Source: Gemmatimonadales bacterium (GTDB lineage: Bacteria; Gemmatimonadota; Gemmatimonadetes; Gemmatimonadales; GWC2-71-9). Taken from it: 64,000 nt of DNA. Below, in pieces: positions 8,931 through 16,331 of this stretch. Position numbers and translations under genes: made by a program. The DNA lies in contig DASSGV010000073.1 of the NCBI GenBank assembly GCA_035693225.1, positions 24,692-88,691 of the forward strand, given 5' to 3'. The notes under the pieces are model-generated. The model did no database searches. It worked only from the letters and a program-made list of their open reading frames with translations, and was not told the DNA's origin. How positions within the stretch are numbered: the stretch's first letter is position 1; each line of letters opens with the position of its first letter.

Positions 8931-9056
8931 AGTAAGAAGTAAGAAGGGAGAAGGGAGAAGGGAGAAGGGACGAGTGAAGAGTGAAGAGTGAAGAGTGAAA
9001 AGTGAAAAGTGAAGAGTGAAAAGTGAGAAGTGAAAAGTGAGAAGTAAAGAGGAAAA
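8931..9056. repeat. In-phase tandem heptamer array of 18 units, purine strand on +
   Basis: Units are (AGTAAGA)x2 (AGGGAGA)x3 AGGGACG (AGTGAAG)x3 (AGTGAAA)x2 AGTGAAG AGTGAAA AGTGAGA AGTGAAA AGTGAGA AGTAAAG AGGAAAA. The array starts at the base next to the EVE start codon. Confidence 0.9.
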
Positions 9057-9119
9057 GGCGAAAAGAGGGGTCGAGAACCGTGGGAACACTGATGAGAACG
9101 ATGCGCCCTCGCCCGATCG

Positions 9120-10019
9120 TCAGAACCGATCAAGATCCTTCGCAATGGCGACGCGGCCGGTGAAGCCACCACGACGGATCCCCGCCACCAGGTCGGAGTC
9201 GGACGCCCCCATCCACTCGACGTGGGTCACGACCAGGAGCCGTGGCCGAGCCCGCGCGGCGAGGGCGCCCAGCTCCTCGTCCGAGGTGTGGAACGACCGG
9301 AGATATGCCGGCCAGTCTTTCCCGCCGGGGCGGTCCTCCGGCGCGACGCGCGATGACGGGTATGCCTCGTGCACCAGCACATCGACCCCGCGCGCCGCGA
9401 CCTCGAGCGAATCGCTGGGGCGGGTATCACCGGAGATCACGATGACCCGGCCCGGGGCGTCGATGCGGTAGCCAAACGCCACCGGCCAGTTTCCGTGGCG
9501 CACCGGGATGGCGGTGACCCGGACCCCGCCACTGTCGAATGCCACGCCGGGGCCGATCTCGTGCACCGTCACACGCCAGGCGCCGGCGACCTCGTGCTCC
9601 AGGCCATCGGTCCGGATCCGGATATCCTCCGCGTACGCCGCGGTCAGGTGATCGACCATTGCCGCGGTGCCCGGAGGGCCGTAGATCGGGAATGGCGCGA
9701 GACGACGCATCACCCACGAGGTCAGGATGAGGTCCGCGAGGCCGAGAGTGTGATCGGAGTGCAGGTGGGTGAGGAAGAGCGCCGCAGGGCCGGAGATCGG
9801 GAGGCCGGCGGCGCGGAGCTGGCGTTCGACCCCCGATCCGGCATCGAAGAGGAAGACCCGGCCGCCGATGGTGACGACCGTGGCCGGGCCCTGGCGCCCG
9901 GGATCGGGGAAGGGATTTCCGGTGCCGAGGGTGATGACCTGCACGGGAGGCGGCCGCTGCCCGGCGAGGATCGACGCACCGCCCGCCAGCGCCACCGCCG
10001 CCAACAGCGCACTCCGCAT
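9120..10019 (-). CDS. Secreted MBL-fold metallo-hydrolase
   Basis: Start moved to ATG 10019 (MRSALLAAVALAGGASILAGQ signal peptide). It carries the HLHSDH metal motif. Confidence 0.85.
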   Translation of the reverse strand: MRSALLAAVALAGGASILAGQRPPPVQVITLGTGNPFPDPGRQGPATVVTIGGRVFLFDAGSGVERQLRAAGLPISGPAALFLTHLHSDHTLGLADLILTSWVMRRLAPFPIYGPPGTAAMVDHLTAAYAEDIRIRTDGLEHEVAGAWRVTVHEIGPGVAFDSGGVRVTAIPVRHGNWPVAFGYRIDAPGRVIVISGDTRPSDSLEVAARGVDVLVHEAYPSSRVAPEDRPGGKDWPAYLRSFHTSDEELGALAARARPRLLVVTHVEWMGASDSDLVAGIRRGGFTGRVAIAKDLDRF

Positions 10020-10030
10020 TCGCGTCGCGC

Positions 10031-12193
10031 TCAATTTCCCGTCTCCCGGCGCTCGACCTCGGCCACTCCTTTCACCTTCCGCATCGCCTTGACGACCTTG
10101 TCGAGGTGGGGGAGGGAGTCGACCTCGACCAGCACCGTCCCGAACATCGTGCCGTCCTTGGACTGGATCTCCGCACCCTTGATGTTGGTCCCGGTGGCGC
10201 TGATGGCGCTCATCAGGTCGGCGTAGAGGCCGCGACGGTCGTCGCCGCTCACTGCCAGCCGCACCGCAAAGCTCTCCCCCGCGACCTCCTGCCAATCGAT
10301 GTCGACCCGGCGGCCCTCGACCGGCAACGTGAGCAGGTTGGGGCAATCGGCCCGGTGGATCGAGATCCCCCGTCCCTGGGTGACGTACCCCACCACCGCA
10401 TCGCCGGGGAGTGGCTGGCAGCACTGGGCGTAGCGGACCAGGAGCCCGTCGGCACCCTGGATCTGGATCCCCTTCCGCTGGCGGAACCGGTCGATGACCC
10501 GGCCGAATACCGTCGGCTTGGGTTCGACGAGCTCGTCATCGGGCAGGTCCGGATAGAGCGCCTTGATGACCGCACCGATCGCGATGTCACCGCGCCCCAC
10601 CGCGATGGCGAGCCCGGCACCGCCGTTGACCGAGAGCACCACGGCGGCCCGTTCCATCCGCGGATCATCCGGGGGATCGAGGCGCCTGCGCTTGACCTCG
10701 CGCGCCAGCAGCTCGCGACCCATCGTCTCCTGGACCCGCTCTTCCTCGTGGTTGATCCACTGCTTGATCTTGTGTCGCGCGCGGGCCGTGTGGACGTGAC
10801 TGAGCCAGTCGCGGGACGGGCGGGCGTTCGGACCGGTGAGGATCTCGACGGTGTCGCCATTCTTGAGCGCCCGATGCAGGGGCGCGATCCGCCCGTTGAC
10901 CCGGGAGCCCTGGCAGCGGAGCCCCACCTCGGTATGGACGTGAAAGGCGAAGTCGATGGCGGTGGCACCCTTGGGCAGCCGCTTGACGTCGCCCTGCGGA
11001 GTGAAGACGAAGATCTCGTCCTGGTAGAGGTCGATCTTGAGGAACTCGAGGAACTCCTCCGGACTGGCGGCGTCCTGCTGCAGCTCCAGCAGCTGCCGGA
11101 ACCACCCCAGCTGCCGGTCGAGCTCGTCGGGCGTCTCCCCTTCCTTGTCCTTGTACAGCCAGTGCGCCGCAATGCCGTACTCGGCGGTCCGGTGCATGTC
11201 CTGGGTGCGGATCTGCACCTCGAAGAGCTGTCCGCCGGGACCAAAGATCGTGGTGTGGAGCGATTGGTAGCCGTTCGACTTGGGGCTGGCGATGTAATCC
11301 TTGATCCGCTCCTGGATCGGGGTCCAGACGTGGTGGATGATGCCGAGCACGTGGTAGCAGTCCGCCACGGACTTGACCATCACGCGCACCGCCATGAGGT
11401 CGTAGATCTCGTCGAAGGGCTTGTCGCGGGTACGCATCTTCCGGTAGATCGACCAGAGGTGCTTGGGGCGCCCCGTCACCTCGAACCATCCGATCCCCGC
11501 CTTGGTGAGCTCGAACTCGAGCGGGGTCCGGAGTGTGAGGATGGTGGCCTCGCGGGCGATCCGCTTGGACGCGACCTGCTCGCTCAGCCCCCGATATTCC
11601 GCCGGCTCGAGGAACTTGAACGCCAGGTCTTCCAGCTCCGCCTTGACCCCGGCCATCCCGAACCGGTGCGCCAGGGGCGCGTAGATCTCCCGGGTCTCGG
11701 TCGCGATGCGCTCCCGCTTCTCCGGCGGCAGGTGTTCGAGCGTCCGCATGTTGTGCAGTCGGTCGGCCAGCTTGATGATGATGACCCGCGCGTCCTTGGC
11801 CACCGACAGCAGGAGCTTGCGGTAGTTCTCGACCTGGGCCTCGGTGGTGGAGCGGAACGTCAGGTGGGACAGTTTGGTGAGGCCATCCACCAGCCCCGCC
11901 ACTTCGGGCCCGAACTCCCGTCCGATCTCGTCCAGTCGGATCTCGGAGTCTTCCACCACGTCGTGCAGGAGTGCTGCCGCGATCGACGTGGTGTCGAGGA
12001 GCTGGTCCACGAGGATCTGCGCCACCGCGATCGAGTGGGACACGAAATCGTCCCCCGACATCCGCTTCTGTCCGCGGTGGGCGGACGCGCTGAAGCGCAG
12101 GGCCCGATCGATGAGATCCAGGTCCAACCGGTCGGCGTGCCGCTCCAGCGAGGCGCGGAACCCCGGTGCGATGTCGGTGATGGCCAGCGTCAC
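10031..12193 (-). CDS. relA: Bifunctional (p)ppGpp synthetase/hydrolase (RelA/SpoT homologue)
   Basis: 720 aa with a GTG start. It has an HD domain (HRGQKRMSGDDFVSHS...LLHDVVED), a synthetase domain (YQSLHTTI), and TGS and ACT C-terminal domains. Confidence 0.95.
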   Translation of the reverse strand: MTLAITDIAPGFRASLERHADRLDLDLIDRALRFSASAHRGQKRMSGDDFVSHSIAVAQILVDQLLDTTSIAAALLHDVVEDSEIRLDEIGREFGPEVAGLVDGLTKLSHLTFRSTTEAQVENYRKLLLSVAKDARVIIIKLADRLHNMRTLEHLPPEKRERIATETREIYAPLAHRFGMAGVKAELEDLAFKFLEPAEYRGLSEQVASKRIAREATILTLRTPLEFELTKAGIGWFEVTGRPKHLWSIYRKMRTRDKPFDEIYDLMAVRVMVKSVADCYHVLGIIHHVWTPIQERIKDYIASPKSNGYQSLHTTIFGPGGQLFEVQIRTQDMHRTAEYGIAAHWLYKDKEGETPDELDRQLGWFRQLLELQQDAASPEEFLEFLKIDLYQDEIFVFTPQGDVKRLPKGATAIDFAFHVHTEVGLRCQGSRVNGRIAPLHRALKNGDTVEILTGPNARPSRDWLSHVHTARARHKIKQWINHEEERVQETMGRELLAREVKRRRLDPPDDPRMERAAVVLSVNGGAGLAIAVGRGDIAIGAVIKALYPDLPDDELVEPKPTVFGRVIDRFRQRKGIQIQGADGLLVRYAQCCQPLPGDAVVGYVTQGRGISIHRADCPNLLTLPVEGRRVDIDWQEVAGESFAVRLAVSGDDRRGLYADLMSAISATGTNIKGAEIQSKDGTMFGTVLVEVDSLPHLDKVVKAMRKVKGVAEVERRETGN

Positions 12194-12205
12194 GAACGCC
12201 CCTTT

Positions 12206-12239
12206 GGCGCGGTCCTTATCTACATAAGGTAACCGCGCC
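12206..12239 (-). promoter_or_regulatory. Long hairpin/palindrome immediately upstream of relA
   Basis: Structure is GGCGCGGT-CCTTAT-CTAC-ATAAGG-TA-ACCGCGCC. It ends 13 nt before the relA GTG, and its AT-rich core stands out in GC-rich DNA. Confidence 0.4.
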
Positions 12240-12278
12240 GGCGGGAGCGACGAGGGTCACGTGCGATCCGGCGGAAGC

Positions 12279-13853
12279 TCAGTCCTCCCCGGGGAACGGG
12301 CGGGGCTCTGGCCGCGGCTCGGGCCAGGGCCAGGGGTTCACCCCTCCGCGCCCGAGGGCCCGTGCCGCGCCGGCGCGCTCGTCTGCGCTCCCGGTCTGGA
12401 GCGCATTCAGCAGGGCGCTCCGGGCAGCATCGTCGTCCATCTGGCTCAGGCCCCAGAGCGCCGCCTTCCGCACGTCGCTGCTGGCGTCCTTGAGCGCGTC
12501 CCTGAGACCGGGCACGGCGGCGGCGTCCCCGATGTTGCCGAGCGCCCACGCCGCCTTCTCGCGCACCTCGGAATCGGGATCCTTGAGCGTACCGATGAGA
12601 CTGGCCGGCGCATGGTCCGGTCCGAGGGTGCCGATGCCCCACGCCGCCGTACCGCGAATGTCGGCGGAGCTGTCGCTGAGCGCGCCAATGAGGGCGGGGA
12701 TCGCGTCCTTGGCGTCGAGCTGCGCCAGCGCCCAGGCGCAGGTGGACCGCACCTCCCGATCGCGATCGGCGCGGAGCGCGGCGGAGAGCATCGGGATCGC
12801 ATCGCGATCGCCGATCTGCGCCAGCGACCACGCTGCCGTGCGGCGGACCGCCACGTCGCTGTCGCCCTGCAGGTGGTGGCCGAGCGCGCCGACCGCTGTC
12901 CGGTCCTCCCCCTGCCCCAGCGCCCACGCGGCGGTCTCACGGACGCCGGCGTCCGCATCGTCGAGGGCACGCACCAATCCGGCGGTGGCGATGGTCGGGT
13001 CGATGTTGCCGAGGGCCCACGCGGCGACGCGCCGGACCTCCACGCTCTTGTCCCCGAGCGCGGCGGCGAGCGCCGCTCCCCCCTCCTTCTCACCCAGATG
13101 GCCGAGCGCTTCGGCTGCCGCGATCCGGACCTTGTCGGCGGGGTCGGTGCGCAACGCGTGCGCCAGGGCATCGACCACCGTCGAATCACCTACGCGGCCG
13201 AGTGAGGCGGCGGCGGCGGCACGTACGGCGGGCACCTGATCCTTGAGCGCTGACTGGAGCGGTGCCGCAGCGCGCGACTCATCGAGCTGACCCAGTCCCC
13301 ACGCCGACATCACCCGCACGCCGGGCACCGGGTCGTGCAGGTGCGCGATCAGGGGATCCACCGCCTGCCCTGACCCGCCGAGTCCGAGTGCCACCGCCGC
13401 CGCGGAGCGCACCTCTCCCGTCGTGGCATCGAGTGCCGTGAGGAGCCCTCGGGTCGCAGCGGCAAGTTCGCTCCGCGCAATGAGTCGGGCGGAGATGGCG
13501 CGGGCGCAGGCACTCGAGTCGGCGACCCCGGCGAGCAGCACCGGGATCGCTGCCTCGGTCGGGCGTTCCGTCAGGGCCCGCTCGGCCGCGGCATTCCCAT
13601 CGAGGTCGGGAGGCGTGAACCAACCTCCCCGTCCGTACCGGGCTTCGATGGCTCGCGCCGCGAGGGCGCAGATGTCGGGCGGCGTGGTCCGGGCTTCGGC
13701 GAGTACCGCGCGGGCCCAATCGGCATCATCACGATCGGGACCCGCCGTGGAGGCTGCCGGCGTCACGGCCGGGGGACGCGGACCGGCCAGTGCAGACCCC
13801 ACGCCGGCGATGATCATCCCGACCAGGAGCCCCGGGATCGCGGACTTGAGCAT
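12279..13853 (-). CDS. Signal-anchored HEAT-repeat (PBS-lyase type) protein
   Basis: Start moved to ATG 13853, which is preceded by GGAGGA; the ORF-track start at 13877 is a TTG. It has an N-terminal hydrophobic helix (IPGLLVGMIIAGVGSALA) and 12 repeats of the ..VR..AAWALG..GD..A.. type. Confidence 0.8.
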   Translation of the reverse strand: MLKSAIPGLLVGMIIAGVGSALAGPRPPAVTPAASTAGPDRDDADWARAVLAEARTTPPDICALAARAIEARYGRGGWFTPPDLDGNAAAERALTERPTEAAIPVLLAGVADSSACARAISARLIARSELAAATRGLLTALDATTGEVRSAAAVALGLGGSGQAVDPLIAHLHDPVPGVRVMSAWGLGQLDESRAAAPLQSALKDQVPAVRAAAAASLGRVGDSTVVDALAHALRTDPADKVRIAAAEALGHLGEKEGGAALAAALGDKSVEVRRVAAWALGNIDPTIATAGLVRALDDADAGVRETAAWALGQGEDRTAVGALGHHLQGDSDVAVRRTAAWSLAQIGDRDAIPMLSAALRADRDREVRSTCAWALAQLDAKDAIPALIGALSDSSADIRGTAAWGIGTLGPDHAPASLIGTLKDPDSEVREKAAWALGNIGDAAAVPGLRDALKDASSDVRKAALWGLSQMDDDAARSALLNALQTGSADERAGAARALGRGGVNPWPWPEPRPEPRPFPGED

Positions 13854-13903
13854 TGTTCCTCCGAAGGTACGGGCCAAAGCCCGCTCAGGGTGACGTGACA
13901 GAC

Positions 13904-13919
13904 TGCTGATTATTCAGCA
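13904..13919. promoter_or_regulatory. Dyad TGCTGA-TTAT-TCAGCA, second copy of the blaI-promoter dyad
   Basis: It has perfect 6-bp arms identical to those at 16286-16301. It lies in the 107-nt gap between the blaR1-like stop and the HEAT gene ATG. Confidence 0.45.
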
Positions 13920-13960
13920 CTTCGAGTGCACGACAGCCCGCACCGTGGTGCGGCCTGCCG

Positions 13961-15883
13961 TCAGCGAACGATCGGCATCGGCTGGGGCCAGGGGCTCGCG
14001 CCATTCCCGCCCAGGGCCCGGGCGGCCTGTGAGCGGAGTTCCGGATCGGCATCCTGGAGCGCACGGATCAGGGCCGCCTGGGCCGGATCGCCGCCGAGCT
14101 CGCCCAGGGCCCAGATCACCGCCTTCCGCACCGAGGCGTCTTCGTCGGCAAGGGCCTTCCCGAGCGCCGCGGCGGCGGTGCGGTCCCCGATCTGCCCGAT
14201 GGCCCACGCCGCTTCCGCCCGGACCTCGGGCGTGGCATCGCGGAGCGCGTCGGTTAACTGGGCCGGCGCGGTCGGGGGTTGGGTGTTCCCGAGCGCCCAG
14301 GCGGCCCGCTCGCGCACGTCCGGGGAGCGATCATGCAGGGCCGACGCGAGCGCACCCGCCGCGGCCGTGTCCCCGATCTCCGCCAGCGCCCAAGCGGCGA
14401 TCAGCCGGACGCTTGAAGCCGTGTCGGAGCCGAGTGCCGCATCGAGGGCGGGGATCGCCGCGCGATCCTGGATCTGCCCCAGCGCCCATCCCGCCATCTC
14501 CCGCACGTCCGGATCGGCATCACGCTGCAGGGTGCGCACAAGGGCCGGGACGGCGTCGGCGTCCTGCCGTTGCCCGAGGGCATATGCGGCATTCTTCCTC
14601 ACATCCATCACCGGATCGGCCAAGGCCCGGGACAGGGAGGCCACGACCTCGGCGCCCTGCCCCGTGTCGGAATGGGTCGGGACGAGGACCGTGAGCGGTC
14701 CTGACCGCAGGGCGGATCGGGGCCGCTCCGGCAGTGCGGGCCGACGCACCGGCGGTGCAACGGCCTGGCGCTCCTGGGCGGGGCCCGGAGCTGGAGCGGC
14801 TGCGCGGACGGGCACGAGCGCCGCCAGCGGTACGATCAACACGAGGCCGAGGGCGGCCAGCATTCCGGCGCGGAGCCGCGAGGGTGACTCCCGGCGAAGC
14901 CCGCGGGCGAGGATCGCGAGCACCCGCCCCTCGAACTCACGGGGCTGGGCGAGTGGCAGGGCCACGGCGGGGGTGACCTGCCGCCGCGCGGCGCTCACGA
15001 TCTGCAGCAGGTGATCGGCATATTCGGACGGCCGGGTCCCGGTGCGCAGCACGAGGTCATCGCAGGCGCGCTCGCTCTCGATCCGCATCCGCCGGAGCGC
15101 CACCCAAGCCAGCGGATGGAACCAGTAGGCCGCCGCCGCCACCTGACCGATGGCATTCATCAGCACGTCGAACCGGCGCACGTGGGCCAGCTCGTGGCAG
15201 AGCACCGCGCGTCGGCGACGGGCGTCCCACTCGGCGGCGCGGCGGGGCATGACGATCGCCGAGCGGACGAGCCCGCACGCGAACGGCATCGGGAGCGCGC
15301 TCGCCATCAGGAGCGTCGGCAGCCGCGGCAGGGCCAGCCGACCGCCGAGATCCTCGAGCGGCTCGCGCCACTCGGGCGCCTCCAACGGTTCCGCCCGGCG
15401 GACCACGCGCCGGATGGCGAACGCCCCGAGCAGGAGCTGTGCAAGGACGAGGAAGACTCCCCCGCCCCAGACGAGGGCGGCCGTGGCCGTCGCCGAGAGC
15501 GTGGAACGGGACGTCACGACCGGTGCGTCGCGGCGGACCGTTCCCGCCACCCGGGAGCTCGGCAGGTCGATCCGCCGAGCATCGGTCGCCACTGGCGGCA
15601 CGAAGGCGGGCGGCGCTTCCGCCGGCGATGTCGTTGGCGCAGCCGCCGGAGCGGACAGGAGCGTCACCGGAAGTTTCCACGGCAACGACAACGAGAGGAG
15701 CGGGATCAGCAGTGCGGTGGCCAGCGCACCGCTCCAGAGGAGGTGCCGCGCCGCGGCCGACGCGCCGCGGAGAAGTGCCGCCAGCAGGCCGGCCACGCCA
15801 AGCACCAGCGTGACCTTGAGTGCTACCCCGAGGGCCCACGCGAGCCCGGCGGGAATTCCGGAGAGCGTGAGGATGTCCGTCAC
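13961..15883 (-). CDS. blaR1: BlaR1/MecR1-family M56 metallopeptidase signal transducer with a C-terminal HEAT-repeat module
   Basis: 640 aa with N-terminal TM helices and the zinc site CHELAHVRRFD. After a late TM helix (AGMLAALGLVLIVPLAALVPV) come 7 HEAT-type repeats (DVRKNAAYALG, DVREMAGWALG, ...). The GTG start overlaps the blaI stop (GTGA). Confidence 0.85.
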   Translation of the reverse strand: MTDILTLSGIPAGLAWALGVALKVTLVLGVAGLLAALLRGASAAARHLLWSGALATALLIPLLSLSLPWKLPVTLLSAPAAAPTTSPAEAPPAFVPPVATDARRIDLPSSRVAGTVRRDAPVVTSRSTLSATATAALVWGGGVFLVLAQLLLGAFAIRRVVRRAEPLEAPEWREPLEDLGGRLALPRLPTLLMASALPMPFACGLVRSAIVMPRRAAEWDARRRRAVLCHELAHVRRFDVLMNAIGQVAAAAYWFHPLAWVALRRMRIESERACDDLVLRTGTRPSEYADHLLQIVSAARRQVTPAVALPLAQPREFEGRVLAILARGLRRESPSRLRAGMLAALGLVLIVPLAALVPVRAAAPAPGPAQERQAVAPPVRRPALPERPRSALRSGPLTVLVPTHSDTGQGAEVVASLSRALADPVMDVRKNAAYALGQRQDADAVPALVRTLQRDADPDVREMAGWALGQIQDRAAIPALDAALGSDTASSVRLIAAWALAEIGDTAAAGALASALHDRSPDVRERAAWALGNTQPPTAPAQLTDALRDATPEVRAEAAWAIGQIGDRTAAAALGKALADEDASVRKAVIWALGELGGDPAQAALIRALQDADPELRSQAARALGGNGASPWPQPMPIVR

Positions 15884-16266
15884 CGTCCCTCCCCTTCCGC
15901 ACGACGGATCTCGCGGGCCAGGCGGCGCAGCGTGGCCTCGGACAGGGCCAGGTCCTCGCGCCGCAGAAGTGCGGCCATGGTGCGCTCCACCGAGCCATTG
16001 AAGAAGGTGTCCACCAGGTGATCGACCGCGACACGCCGGGCCCGGTCCCGGGGCACTGCGGGTGCGTAGACGTACCGGGAGCCATCGGCGCGATGGGTCA
16101 CGTGCCCCTTGTTCCGGAGGATCCGGAGGATGGACCGGACCGCCGAATAGGTCGGTGGGTCCTCAAGATCGTCGAGGACCTCGCCCACGGTGGCCTCACC
16201 CCGACGGTGGAGCACGTCCATCACTTCCCGTTCCCGGCGGCTGAGCGGCGGCTGTTCCTTGGGCAT
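15880..16266 (-). CDS. blaI: BlaI/MecI/CopY-family winged-helix repressor
   Basis: Start moved to ATG 16266, which is preceded by GGAGGGG. The sequence reads MPKEQPPLSRREREVMDVLHRRGEATVGEVLDDL...YSAVRSILRILRNKGHV. Confidence 0.85.
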   Translation of the reverse strand: MPKEQPPLSRREREVMDVLHRRGEATVGEVLDDLEDPPTYSAVRSILRILRNKGHVTHRADGSRYVYAPAVPRDRARRVAVDHLVDTFFNGSVERTMAALLRREDLALSEATLRRLAREIRRAEGEGR

Positions 16267-16285
16267 TTTCCCCTCCGGCATGATC

Positions 16286-16301
16286 TGCTGAAATTTCAGC
16301 A
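16286..16301. promoter_or_regulatory. Perfect 16-bp palindrome TGCTGAAATTTCAGCA, a candidate BlaI operator
   Basis: It lies 1 nt downstream of the predicted -10 and about 20 nt upstream of the blaI ATG. Confidence 0.5.
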
Positions 16302-16302
16302 T

Positions 16303-16331
16303 AAGCTATGCACCCACCCCGCTGCCGTCAA
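16303..16331 (-). promoter_or_regulatory. Sigma70-type promoter of the blaI-blaR1 operon
   Basis: On the minus strand: TTGACG (16331-16326), 17 nt, TAGCTT (16308-16303). The -35 overlaps the radC stop codon. Confidence 0.5.

Noticed and set aside
8931-9056. The repeat array could be mistaken for a CRISPR array or a coding low-complexity domain. The ORF track translates it as FSLFTLHFSLFTLH at the N-terminus of ORF 8547-9089.
   Set aside because: The period is 7 bp with no spacers and no cas genes. The EVE domain begins exactly at the ATG at 8930 (MPYWLLKTEP). The repeat peptide would be an implausible hydrophobic extension.
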